A stretch of DNA of 64,000 bases from a virus (lineage: Duplodnaviria; Caudoviricetes): positions 12,549 through 76,548 of IMG/VR virus record IMGVR_UViG_2775506876_000001; one strand, 5' to 3'. The stretch's first letter is position 1. The number at the start of each line of letters is the position of its first letter. This document shows positions 47,314-57,633 of the stretch, in pieces. The position numbers and the translations under genes are program-made. The notes below the pieces were generated by a model. The model did not search any database, had not been told where the DNA came from, and saw only the letters and a list, made by a program, of their open reading frames with translations.

Positions 47314-50004
47314 TCAAAGTTTTAACAATCCATTAACCTGATCAAACTCTGCTAAACCATGTTTAGCAACGTCTAGAAAAAGCTCAAGTATTTCTGGTTT
47401 TCTCAAATATTTCTTGTCTTTATTCCCATATTCTCTCAATACCTGAGCTTTTCTACAAAATGCATCTTTATAAAAATCTGATGCTTCGATAAATTGTTTT
47501 TGTTTATTTTCAAGAATTTTTTTACATTTTTTGATAAATTCTTGAAAAAGAAAGAGTTTTGATTGATCTATGTTTTCTAACTTATCCGTTAGGCTATGTT
47601 TGTAAACTAAACTAGCTTTTTCAATCAACCACATCCCAATTGCACAAGCTCTTAACATTGTTTCGTCACTCATGTGTTGTAAATCTTTATCAACACCTTC
47701 AGCAATTCTTAAGCAATGTAATGTTAATGCAATTCTGGCAACTTGTTCTGGTATACGGTTAAGCCATTGCCCAAAAGCTTCATTAGTGTCAATGACATTT
47801 CTAGATTTCTCTAAAGTCTGATTTCTGAATGCTGCCCAGATAGCGTGGCTTGTCTTGGTGTTTTTGACCAGGGTATTAACTGGTTCACCCTTAACAGGAT
47901 CTACAACGTGTGAAGCGTTTTGTATCTTTTTGTAAAGATTCAGACAGATTTCAGGAAAATCGAAATTAGTCTGAATATCTTCTAGAAACTTGTTGGGAAC
48001 CACAATCGGTTCGGCAATCGGGACATAAAGGAATCTTCCACAGATACCTGACCCAACATTATTATCGATATCAAAAGTATTATAGAAGCGTTTGGTTTGA
48101 ATCGTACTGAGCATTGAGCATCTAAAAAAGTCGGCTTCTTCTTCAGATGTGCTGACACGATTTCTTAAGGTTGTGTCACCATTCCAAATACGGATGAACT
48201 GATCTAGCGCATTCCCTTTCTTGTTGTTGTTAATGGTATCAATGCCACTTAAAAAGTCTGTTACTTCATCAGGACTAATTAGCAAGCCATAATTTTTATG
48301 TTCCCCAGACATTGTGCTAATAGCTTGTAAGCTCGAATCAGTCACGATGTATGGGTGGGCTTTTGTAGGTGTTGGACACATAACTTCCCGAATCTTTACC
48401 ATATCCATATCATCGGGAATGCTAGATTGATATGTTTGTTGTAAGTACTGGGCTTCTTTTTCATCTTTCTTTAAGGTTTTCCAATACTCTGAAAAAGCGT
48501 TATAAGCTTTGTTATCTTGAATATATGTGTTATTGGCTTCGACAGCCAAACGCTTAAAAGACTTTTTGAAAGGATCAACGGCTAAAGATTTACCATCCGT
48601 AGAACCACCTAGAAAAATAGTAAATATATTACTCGAACAAATACCAGTACTATTAAAATTAAAATTTGTGAACTTGCTTATTACACTACTAGAACAAGTC
48701 AGTAGTGACATAATTAAGTATTCTTCAGGTATATTATTTTCTACACCATATCTTTTTAAATCTTTTAAAATTGATGTACCGGATAATACATAGTCAGCAC
48801 TTAATTTAGATGTCTGTGCTTTCTGTATATCAGACAATCCAGATTGGAAAGTGACTTTTTGATCCTCTGAATAATCTACCTCAGACAACATATTTTCAAT
48901 TGTCTGGATCATTTCCTGATCTCTATACCCTGGTTCACGATCAAAAGTCTGTCTAAAAGCTAAACCAGCGATTATAGGTAGTTCGGCTGAAGTGAAATTT
49001 TTGACTTTTAAGCGGTTAACGTTTTCCTGTAACTCTTGGAATTTATCTAGATTTTTCCTTTCTTGGTGTTTTTGTAAATTCTGATCAAGATTAAAAGCTG
49101 AATTCCATTCTTGAGCTAGTTCTTTAAGTTCTTGATCATCCAGGGTAGGCTCAGGCTTACTGTTAAAAGCACTATTCCATATTGTTTCTGATTCGCTTCT
49201 ATCTATAGAAGGATTACAAGCTTGGCAATACTGCTCAAAAAGTTCATCAGCAGCACCCTGGTATTTAATACCTAGCTGATTTAATCTGTTTTCAGTACCA
49301 ACTAAATTCACAGCTAATTTGTAGCCTGAGTTGTTTCTAGAACCTTGTTCAGCACCATTAATAATCAATTGTCTATCGGAACCAGTCAGAAAAAATTCGA
49401 GTATTGGAATATCTTGTCTAAAATCTGGTAAAGCTGATGATACTTGCTTTTCCGGTTTAGCTTCAGATTTACCGTTAGATTCTAGATAACTATATATAGG
49501 GTGATTTTTAGATATCGTTGCCACTGGTAAATGATTTGAATAATAAGGTTGATTAGTTTTCGGATGGATGCCAGCAATAACTTGATAATGTTTACCCGTT
49601 CTAAATTCCAGTTGTTCTTGATCACCTGTAGCGATCGTGAAATGTTCAAAAGGTTTTTCGATTTTGTAAATTAAAGCTTCTCTTTGTCCAGGGTTAGAAC
49701 TAATCGTTAGTGTCTCTGGTAGTTCAAAACCTAGCAAATCAAAGAATTCTATAGCTGTAATACCATCCTTATCGATCGCTATGTATTCATTACCCAGAAC
49801 TATAGAAAGCATAGTCATATCAGGGTAATCCGAAAGCTTATCTAGAGTTATAGTTCCGTTTTGCCAACCTTTAGCACCTTTACAAGGAATTTTCTTATCG
49901 TTTAAACCTTTCTTGCAAGGCACAAAAGCTGTAAAAACTAAGCTGGCTATTTGATTTAGGTCAATTACTGTAGCAGTAAACTTTGTAGCGGTTGTTGTTT
50001 TCAT
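47314..50004 (-). CDS. Primase-polymerase (Prim-Pol) + PriCT + DUF3987-like ATPase replication protein
   Basis: 'IAIDKD', 'AGIHPKTNQPY', 'GSRNNS', 'GGSTDGKS', 'PDEV'. Confidence 0.8.
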   Translation of the reverse strand: MKTTTATKFTATVIDLNQIASLVFTAFVPCKKGLNDKKIPCKGAKGWQNGTITLDKLSDYPDMTMLSIVLGNEYIAIDKDGITAIEFFDLLGFELPETLTISSNPGQREALIYKIEKPFEHFTIATGDQEQLEFRTGKHYQVIAGIHPKTNQPYYSNHLPVATISKNHPIYSYLESNGKSEAKPEKQVSSALPDFRQDIPILEFFLTGSDRQLIINGAEQGSRNNSGYKLAVNLVGTENRLNQLGIKYQGAADELFEQYCQACNPSIDRSESETIWNSAFNSKPEPTLDDQELKELAQEWNSAFNLDQNLQKHQERKNLDKFQELQENVNRLKVKNFTSAELPIIAGLAFRQTFDREPGYRDQEMIQTIENMLSEVDYSEDQKVTFQSGLSDIQKAQTSKLSADYVLSGTSILKDLKRYGVENNIPEEYLIMSLLTCSSSVISKFTNFNFNSTGICSSNIFTIFLGGSTDGKSLAVDPFKKSFKRLAVEANNTYIQDNKAYNAFSEYWKTLKKDEKEAQYLQQTYQSSIPDDMDMVKIREVMCPTPTKAHPYIVTDSSLQAISTMSGEHKNYGLLISPDEVTDFLSGIDTINNNKKGNALDQFIRIWNGDTTLRNRVSTSEEEADFFRCSMLSTIQTKRFYNTFDIDNNVGSGICGRFLYVPIAEPIVVPNKFLEDIQTNFDFPEICLNLYKKIQNASHVVDPVKGEPVNTLVKNTKTSHAIWAAFRNQTLEKSRNVIDTNEAFGQWLNRIPEQVARIALTLHCLRIAEGVDKDLQHMSDETMLRACAIGMWLIEKASLVYKHSLTDKLENIDQSKLFLFQEFIKKCKKILENKQKQFIEASDFYKDAFCRKAQVLREYGNKDKKYLRKPEILELFLDVAKHGLAEFDQVNGLLKL

Positions 50005-50368
50005 ATATTTATTACTTCAGACCTGAATCTATTATACTATGTTTGTAAAAATCATATAATACTGATGTAAAAGCTTTACTTATACCACAATCTCTATAAT
50101 ATCATTAAAATTTATAATGCTTCTGAACAGTATTATCTGTGTTATAGTTAAATCAACATAAAATATTACTTCAAACCTAATTTTCAGCCAGCCCTAAAAG
50201 TTGGCTGATTTTTTTATCTAAAATTTGTCGGACAAATCAAAAAGTGACTTTTTGATTTTTAAATTTAAAGTTTGTAAATACCTATATGAAAATTGTGTAA
50301 ATACCTATAGACGTTAGTAACAGCACTAAGTATTATATATAGTTACACAAATCTCACAGGTTAGATAT

Positions 50369-50602
50369 ATGGCTGTCAAGTCTTTAGTCAGACCAACCAA
50401 TCACCAGCTATCACAATCACAAATAGAGTTTTACCAAAATCTGAGACTCCAGAAAGCTTACAAAGAAGCCGAAATGTATAAGAGAAACTGCTTGAGAATA
50501 AAATCAGAACATTGTATATTTTGCAACTCTCAGAAGTTAGTTTTAACACCTCTATCAAAGGAAAGGACTTTTAAATGTTCAAGTTGCAACAGAAGTTTCT
50601 AG
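50369..50602 (+). CDS. Small zinc-ribbon protein
   Basis: 'CIFCNS...FKCSSCNRSF'. Confidence 0.65.
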   Translation: MAVKSLVRPTNHQLSQSQIEFYQNLRLQKAYKEAEMYKRNCLRIKSEHCIFCNSQKLVLTPLSKERTFKCSSCNRSF

Positions 50603-50805
50603 TATATTTTGTATATTTTGAATAAAATCAGATATATTACATCATTAATCATCAGCTTGGGCATCTATAAGTATCAACACTAATAACCCTGTCAGAATTC
50701 TGGCAGGTTTTTTAGTAAATTTTGTTCTATAACACATTCTTGTAAAATTGTCAATTAAATATTGAATAACAGTGTGTTTGACCAGGGTAAACGCTGATTA
50801 TAGTA

Positions 50806-51849
50806 TTTTTGTAGTTTTCATTGATTTTCATTGATAAGTTTAGCTTATACACATGTTATTTTAAGCATTTATACTTACTTGTACTACTGTAATAGTACAG
50901 ATATTCTCAATAAGCTCAATATTCTCAATAAGACTACAAAAAATTTTGTAGTTTTTTGTAATAGTTTTTGTAGAAATTACAAACTACAAAAACCTTATGT
51001 AGCAAGGATTTTGTAATAGTTTTTGTAGATTTTGTAGTTTTGAGCCGGATATAAATCTCTAGAGCTTTGTAGTATGTCTGTAATATAAAAACAGGTAGTT
51101 TTGTAGTACAAGAAAATCTTATATATCAAGGCTTATATGAATATCTAGTTTTCTATGGTCAGAGAAAAATAATCAAAAAATTATGTAGCCCAGGGTAGTT
51201 GTACTAACAAAAACCTAAATAGTTATAAATACTTAAACTAGTACAAATAATCTATTTAATTTGTATTACATATATAAAACATAAAGAAGTATAAGAAAAA
51301 CTTATATTAATTTATCCTTTATATAACTAGTACAAATTTATAAGTAAAAATACTTATTTAGATTTTTTATGATTTACTCAGGTTTTTGTTAGTACAACTA
51401 CCCTGGACTACAAAAATTTATGATTATTTTTCTCTAGCCAGATTAAATCATAGATTTCTATAAGCCTTTGATAGTACTAGTTTGTATAAATTTTACTAGT
51501 ACACTTTGATAGTACACCTGTACTAGTACACCTGTAGAGATTTATATCCGGCTCAAAACTACAAAATCTACAAAAACTATTACAAAATCCTTGCTGTGTA
51601 AGGTTTTTGTAGTTTGTAATTTCTACAAAAACCATTACAAAAAACTACAAAATTTTTTGTAGTCTTATTGAGAATATCGAGCTTATTGAGAATATCTGTA
51701 CTATTACAGTAGTACTTAATAAGTAAAAATACTCTAGTACAGTTATTGTCATTAACATGTTTTATTGACAATAGATAGTTAAAAGGTTTTAGATTATCTA
51801 AGTACCCTAGAATCCATATATGCTTTTACCCTGGTCTAGAATGCCCTAG
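50806..51849. repeat. Nested palindromic element B; inverted copy of 18123-19155
   Basis: Reverse complement aligns with element A with only scattered substitutions; 181-bp arms at 50881-51061/51535-51715. Confidence 0.93.
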
Positions 51850-51998
51850 GACTTACCAAAGTTATTTGAACGGCTTCTGATAGCTTTTATATAGATATAA
51901 GGTTTTTGTGTCCAGATTGAAAAACTACAAAAATTTTTTGTAACTCTGCGATAAATTACAAAATCCAAAAATTGTTAAAGAATTATTATAAAATACTC

Positions 51999-52083
51999 TT
52001 GACAAATTTAAACTTTTGTGCTATAGCAAATAAATTCTATATTTTTAAAATTGAAAAGTGACTTTTTGAATTGCCGGACAAAA
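51999..52083 (+). promoter_or_regulatory. Repeated promoter cassette, copy 4
   Basis: TTGACA-17bp-TATAGC; nearly identical to 412-495. Confidence 0.75.
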
Positions 52084-52116
52084 CACTATAATATTAGTAG
52101 TGTTTTCAAAATTATT

Positions 52117-53070
52117 ATGCTTTTACAAGAATCCAAAACAGTTATTATTCCTGATAGCTTTATTCCTGATTTAGTTATCTATCATAATGTTGTAGAAGAT
52201 TTTGCTTGTCCTGATGGTTTTGCAGCTTCTTGGGTGTGTTATAGAAAGTACTCAGAGATTAACCCTGATTTAGAATATGTTGGCTGGACTTACGATAAAG
52301 CGAACCAGGGAATAATACCAGACTTGACAAATTACAAAAATATTTTGGTGGTTGATTTTAGTTTCAAACCAGCTTTTTTAAATTATTGGAAAGAAAGAGG
52401 AAAAGCTATTTACGTTATTGATCATCATGAAGGCTTTTTAGAAACTGTTAAAAAATCTAGTTATACCCTAGACAACTTGATTTTTGATGATCAAGAGTGT
52501 GGTGCTACGTTAACTTGGAAAACTCTTTACCCTGGACAACCAATACCTAAGCTTCTGCAATATGTACGTGATCGCGATTTATTCATCAAACAATTACAAT
52601 ATTGTGATGAAGTATTTTCAGGACTTTCAAAGTTACGTAGAAGTTTCAATTTGTTTGATCAATTGCTGGAACTAGAAAATATAGATTTTCAATTAGTTTT
52701 AGATTTTCTAGTTCCTTATGGTGAGCCATCGGTACTCAAGAAACGTGAAAAGATTCAAATATATTTAAATCGCGTAGAATTTTATGGTGATATTCCGGTT
52801 GTTAAGCTTAATAAATCTGATATAGCACTTAAAAGCGATCTTGGTGAAGTACTCAGTAGCTACTATCCATTTAGTAAATTTGTGGTAATCATAAACAAAG
52901 GACAACCCGAACATATAAGAATTAGAAGTAGTATTTATACTTATAACACTAATTTGATTGAATTGTTTTCGGATATAGAGTCTATAAGTGGTTTGAAAAA
53001 TGCTGCCAACTTTAAATGGTATGGATCAGACCAGGGATTAAAAGACTTAATAGTTCAAAAGAGTGTATAA
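52117..53070 (+). CDS. DHH-family phosphoesterase (NrnB/oligoribonuclease-like)
   Basis: 'IYH...CPDGFAAS', 'VVDFSF', 'IDHH', 'YVRDRDL'; ATG at 52117 preferred. Confidence 0.8.
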   Translation: MLLQESKTVIIPDSFIPDLVIYHNVVEDFACPDGFAASWVCYRKYSEINPDLEYVGWTYDKANQGIIPDLTNYKNILVVDFSFKPAFLNYWKERGKAIYVIDHHEGFLETVKKSSYTLDNLIFDDQECGATLTWKTLYPGQPIPKLLQYVRDRDLFIKQLQYCDEVFSGLSKLRRSFNLFDQLLELENIDFQLVLDFLVPYGEPSVLKKREKIQIYLNRVEFYGDIPVVKLNKSDIALKSDLGEVLSSYYPFSKFVVIINKGQPEHIRIRSSIYTYNTNLIELFSDIESISGLKNAANFKWYGSDQGLKDLIVQKSV

Positions 53071-53412
53071 CTGTTATAATTAATATAGTCAGCCAATCTA
53101 CAATACTTATATAACCCGTTTATCTTTTATTGATACACGGGTTTTTATTTTAAAAAGTGACTTTTTGAATAGTTTTTATTTTATATTATAAAAACTTATA
53201 TATTATACCATGATATTATAAATTATATTTATCTAAATTATATTCAAAATTGGTTGACACTCTTTAAAAGTTTGCTATTATAGATTTGTCGGACAAAATA
53301 AAAAGTCACTTTTCAAATTGTCTGACATAAAGTGAAGACATCGGGAAAGACTGAAGATGTGAAGACTTTTAGGAAAGACTAAAAATGTTCTTATTTAGGT
53401 AGGTATTTAGAA

Positions 53413-53655
53413 ATGGAAAACAAATCTATTCAATCTCAGTTATTTGACTATAAAGATTGGGATCAGGCTGATACAATGTGTTTTCAATTTTACGATGTAA
53501 TTTTGAAAATTGATATAGCTGAATTTAAAGTTGGCACAAAATTTCATTGTGTTTACATAGATTTTTCAAAATCTAAGTTAGTTTTAATGTTACCTGATGG
53601 TAATTACAAACAATTTCAGTTAAATGTTTCGGTAGGTTCTGAACTAATTAAATAG
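53413..53655 (+). CDS. Hypothetical protein
   Basis: 80-aa ORF with AGGT RBS. Confidence 0.55.
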   Translation: MENKSIQSQLFDYKDWDQADTMCFQFYDVILKIDIAEFKVGTKFHCVYIDFSKSKLVLMLPDGNYKQFQLNVSVGSELIK

Positions 53656-53756
53656 TTCTTTAACTATTTAAAATTGTCCCGAGCATGACATAAAAGGCTT
53701 ACAAATTAACTCAAGTAATCTCAATTAACCCAAATTAACTCTAAAGGATTCAAACA

Positions 53757-54770
53757 ATGGCAATTATCAAATTAAGTCTAGAAAATTTCGAGTCTTTACG
53801 CAATTTAACTTTTGGAGCAGATGGATATTATCCTGTAACATTTGAACAAATTGAGGAACATTCGTTTTATCCAGAACTAACTAAAATTCTGAAAGCTGTT
53901 AAGCCTGATTTTAATGAGAATAACGTTTTTAGTATTCGAGTAAATAATGGATACGCAGATGCTGTTTATGGTTTTTCATTAGTTAAGAAAAACGGGAAAG
54001 CGGTTTTACAATTTGGAACAGGTGATGATTTAAATGAAGTTGAAATTGCTTACAAAATTGATCAGGATGATGATTCTGGTGAAGATGTTGTTAAGTTTAA
54101 AGCTGGTTTGGCAACTTTAGAATTTAAAGAAAACCAAGGTAATATTATCACATTCTTGAGATTTGGTAAAAATCAGATCTCTATATTTGCCAAATGGCTT
54201 TCTAATGTTAAATATGAGGATCTAGAAAATTTAGAAAATGTTAATGATTTAACTTCTGTTTTAGATTCTTTTGGTGTGTTTGGTGTTAAATTGACGGATT
54301 TAGTTAGACCTTATGTACGTGCTAATAAACCGTTGAAACCAGCTTTAGTTGCAGATGTTAAGTATTGGGAAATTCAAGAAACACACCCGGAATATGGAGC
54401 ATCTGTTAAATTTTATATTTCCGGGATTGATCAGGCATTAACTAAAGATGGTGTTTTAATTAAAAATCCTGAAGCTGTTTATGTACCTGCTAATCAAATG
54501 TCAGCAATATTAATTAAACAGGAAGGAACCCCCGATAAACCCAGTCTTGCTCAAAGAGCATTAGAGGCAATGGCTAATGGTGGTAAGTTACAGCTTATTA
54601 TCACCAGTATTGCTAAAAAAGATCCTGAGAAATATAATCCAGGGAATTTGTTAAAAATTGTTCCCGGAAATCAACAACCAGCTAAACCAGCCTTAGCACC
54701 AGCAACAACTAAAGTTGTTGAAGCTGTTCAAATTGATGAAAAAGAACTAGCTGTTCTAGAAAAATTCTAG
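53757..54770 (+). CDS. Hypothetical replication-module protein (candidate ssDNA-binding protein)
   Basis: Upstream of helicase and PolB; strong RBS; flexible acidic tail ending in Phe; own terminator. Confidence 0.4.
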   Translation: MAIIKLSLENFESLRNLTFGADGYYPVTFEQIEEHSFYPELTKILKAVKPDFNENNVFSIRVNNGYADAVYGFSLVKKNGKAVLQFGTGDDLNEVEIAYKIDQDDDSGEDVVKFKAGLATLEFKENQGNIITFLRFGKNQISIFAKWLSNVKYEDLENLENVNDLTSVLDSFGVFGVKLTDLVRPYVRANKPLKPALVADVKYWEIQETHPEYGASVKFYISGIDQALTKDGVLIKNPEAVYVPANQMSAILIKQEGTPDKPSLAQRALEAMANGGKLQLIITSIAKKDPEKYNPGNLLKIVPGNQQPAKPALAPATTKVVEAVQIDEKELAVLEKF

Positions 54771-54848
54771 TTCTTTGATTAACCTAAGTATCCCTATTAA
54801 TTTAGGGATACTTTTTAAAAATCCCGTAATGTTAAGAATTATAACAAT

Positions 54849-55067
54849 ATGTTGACACTAATTTATTTCTATGATTTTTGCTTGTTAACTAACATTTTTC
54901 TTTACACAACCATATTTCTTTATAGTTATCTGAAAGATTTTGATTGTTTGAAAAATGTTCGGATTCATCTAGTAATTTTATATCTGTTTTTGGTTGTTCC
55001 ATCATTGCCGATAAACATAATCACTTTTGTTTCTCTGGTTATCCAAGAAATTGAAAGCGATCGCTAA
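54849..55067 (+). CDS. Small 2-TM membrane protein
   Basis: Two hydrophobic segments. Confidence 0.45.
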   Translation: MLTLIYFYDFCLLTNIFLYTTIFLYSYLKDFDCLKNVRIHLVILYLFLVVPSLPINIITFVSLVIQEIESDR

Positions 55068-55087
55068 TTAACCCGATTAACCTAAAA

Positions 55088-57052
55088 ATGAAAAATACAC
55101 CAGAATACTTGAAAAATCTTGAACAACAACTCGCTTCAAAATTACGTTGTTACCAAGCTGAAGGAATCCAAGAAATCGACACATTAATAGACCAGGGTGT
55201 AAAGTCTATATTACGTCAGAATTTTACAGGAACGGGCAAGAGTGTTGAGCAAAATTATCTAGCTATCAGACACTTAACACAGTCTGAAGATAATATAGTT
55301 TTGATGCTTGTTCACAGGGAAGAATTACTCGATAATTTGGCTGATTATTTTCATCAGAATAAAGTCTATATCAGCTTTATTAAATCCGGTTTAAAAACTC
55401 TTAGTTCCAGGGTTTATATTGCCAGTGTTGACACTCTTAAAAACAAACTGGATAAATTAGATTTGAAACCTACAATGATAATTGCTGATGAATGTTTTCC
55501 GGCAGGAACTTTAGTGGATGGAAAACCAATCGAACAGTATAAGGTTGGTGATTATGTATGGTCTGTTGATGAAAATAATCCTTTTGGTAGCCGTTTAATT
55601 AAGAAAAAAGTTACTAAAATTTTTAAAAGTGTTTCTAATGAATTTAGTACTATTAGATTATCAAATGGCAGGATGATAACTTCTACACTCAATCACCCTT
55701 ATTATGTTTGTGGTAAAGGATGGGTAAAATCAGAAAAGTTAAAAACTGGTGATGAAGTTTTTAAACTTTATAAAGGACGTTGGGAAATTTTAGAAGTTAA
55801 AGACACTTATTTACATTTTGAAGATGACACTATTGTTTACAATTTAGAAGTCGAAGATTATCACACGTATTTTGTAGATGATATTTTGGTTCACAATTGT
55901 CATCATAGCCCGGCTAAATCCTGGAAAAAGATTTTAGATTATTACCCTGATGCAGTTAAACTAGGATTTTCGGCAACACCAGAACGTTTAGATGGTAAAA
56001 GCTTTACAGATATCTACCAAGCTTTAGTAGTTGGTAAATCATATCAATGGTACATTGACAATAATTTTTTAGCACCGTTCCGCTTTGTTAACCCTGGTCA
56101 CTTTGTATCTTTTGACTTTAAAAAAACTCGTGGTGAATTTGATTTACAACAACAATCAGAAATACTTAATAATGATGTGATTAATGCTGATGCTGTTGAA
56201 ACTTGGCACAAATTTACACCAGGGTTAAAGACTGTTGTATTTTGTTCAAGCGTTGAGCATTCCAAACAAGTCGTTAACGCTTACAATGAATTTGGACTAC
56301 AACAGTATGGAAAAGAGATTGCTGTACATTTGGATGGAACAACGGATAAAACCTACCGTAGAGAGTCTCTAAAACGTTTCAAATTGCCTGTAGAACATCC
56401 AGACAGTTTGTTAATAATTTCTAATTTTAATATCTTGAGCGAAGGTTTTAATTGTCCAGATGCTTCTGTTACACAATGGCTACGCAAAACAGCATCAGAA
56501 ATTGTGTACGACCAGGGAAACGGTAGATCTAACCGTTATCAACAAGGAAAGATTCAACACATCATTGACCATGTTGGTAACAAATTAATTCACGGTTATC
56601 CAAACAGAATCCGTAGCTTTGATTTAAAAGGTAAAAAGCAACGAGAACTAGAAGCTAAATATAATCTAATTTGTCCTAATTGTTCAGAAATTCTACACAA
56701 TGATTACAGGATACTTGCAAAAGCGGTAGAAACCATAGAGTGTGATAACTGTGGTGTAACCGTTCTAGTACCTCAACCAAAAATTAGAAAACCTAGACAA
56801 GAAAAAGAAATCGATTTGAACGCAGAGATGATTTTAGACACTTGTGACGATTCATACAGTGTCAATATGTCTGCATTATTCAGAAAGTATGAAAACCTAA
56901 ACAACAAAAAATTTTTTGACGCTTTGATAAATAAGCATCAACATTTAACCCTTGATGATTTTAAATCAGCTTGTGTTTATCGAAACGTGCATGAAAGTTA
57001 TGCTTACTCGGCTTGGTCTAGAAAGCTACAAAGTGTGCTAAATGTTAAATAG
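55088..57052 (+). CDS. SF2 (DExH) helicase with intein and C-terminal Zn finger
   Basis: 'TGTGKS', 'VHREEL', DE|CH split by intein, 'SATP', 'EGFNCP', 'QGNGRSNR'. Confidence 0.92.
   Translation: MKNTPEYLKNLEQQLASKLRCYQAEGIQEIDTLIDQGVKSILRQNFTGTGKSVEQNYLAIRHLTQSEDNIVLMLVHREELLDNLADYFHQNKVYISFIKSGLKTLSSRVYIASVDTLKNKLDKLDLKPTMIIADECFPAGTLVDGKPIEQYKVGDYVWSVDENNPFGSRLIKKKVTKIFKSVSNEFSTIRLSNGRMITSTLNHPYYVCGKGWVKSEKLKTGDEVFKLYKGRWEILEVKDTYLHFEDDTIVYNLEVEDYHTYFVDDILVHNCHHSPAKSWKKILDYYPDAVKLGFSATPERLDGKSFTDIYQALVVGKSYQWYIDNNFLAPFRFVNPGHFVSFDFKKTRGEFDLQQQSEILNNDVINADAVETWHKFTPGLKTVVFCSSVEHSKQVVNAYNEFGLQQYGKEIAVHLDGTTDKTYRRESLKRFKLPVEHPDSLLIISNFNILSEGFNCPDASVTQWLRKTASEIVYDQGNGRSNRYQQGKIQHIIDHVGNKLIHGYPNRIRSFDLKGKKQRELEAKYNLICPNCSEILHNDYRILAKAVETIECDNCGVTVLVPQPKIRKPRQEKEIDLNAEMILDTCDDSYSVNMSALFRKYENLNNKKFFDALINKHQHLTLDDFKSACVYRNVHESYAYSAWSRKLQSVLNVK
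55493..55897 (+). mobile_element. Mini-intein (135 aa, no homing endonuclease)
   Basis: Starts CFPAGT, block B 'TLNHP', ends 'VYNLEVEDYHTYFVDDILVHN' followed by Cys. Confidence 0.93.
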
Positions 57053-57148
57053 CTTACTAAGTATATTACATGTTTGACAAATCTATAAAGACTAAACTAT
57101 TATAGATTTGTCGGACAAAATAAAAAGTCACTTTTTGAAATTACAAAT

Positions 57149-57334
57149 ATGATACCTAGACTTAAGCTTTTTGACTATTACATCCAGAGAAAACCGTTAT
57201 TATACAAAAATTGTCTAGTGTATATAACAGAACTCAGTAATTTAACGGATTCTGAACAATGGGCAAAGATTGATAGACCTTTTTCAACAGCCAGACATGA
57301 ATTTGTATTAATTAATGAATTGAAGGAAATCTAG
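57149..57334 (+). CDS. Hypothetical protein
   Basis: Operon with polB. Confidence 0.5.
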   Translation: MIPRLKLFDYYIQRKPLLYKNCLVYITELSNLTDSEQWAKIDRPFSTARHEFVLINELKEI

Positions 57335-57338
57335 AATT

Positions 57339-57632
57339 ATGAAAAACACCGAGTTGTCATCAGAATCTAAAAGAATTATTAATAATTATCCAATAATTTT
57401 AATAGGGTATGGAATTTCAGGAAAAGTTCCTAAGCAAATTAATTTGTATAGAATTTTAAATTTAGTCACTGAACACAAAAACGATTTACCGGATTATTAC
57501 CCAGATTTAGCAGATCAAGTTTGTTTTTATAAAGGTGATGATTACAGTTTATTGGAAGATGTTTTAAATGAATATAGCAGCTTAGATTTTTTAAAAGTTT
57601 GGGAAAACGGACAAGAAATTAAGGTTAGATAA
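57339..57632 (+). CDS. Hypothetical protein
   Basis: Operon with polB. Confidence 0.5.
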   Translation: MKNTELSSESKRIINNYPIILIGYGISGKVPKQINLYRILNLVTEHKNDLPDYYPDLADQVCFYKGDDYSLLEDVLNEYSSLDFLKVWENGQEIKVR

Positions 57633-57633
57633 C

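Noticed and set aside
3445-48793. Antisense or shadow ORFs (3445, 6218, 13083, 13685, 15947, 20741, 21815, 24039, 25119, 25371, 32035, 35964, 40620, 43584, 45269, 45744, 46452, 48527)
   Set aside because: They overlap well-supported genes on the other strand or frame and have no motifs
18673-51298. Idea that the two elements sit at exactly opposite poles of a ~65 kb circle
   Set aside because: Tape measure and endolysin genes are missing from the window, so the genome is probably larger and its size is unknown
18123-51849. Inverted repeats as IS/transposon ends or N15-like hairpin telomere sites
   Set aside because: No transposase or target duplication; no protelomerase recognised, and the palindrome centres are not perfect
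53332-53381. Short GAAGAC/GAAAGACT repeats
   Set aside because: Only two imperfect units; too short to assign a function
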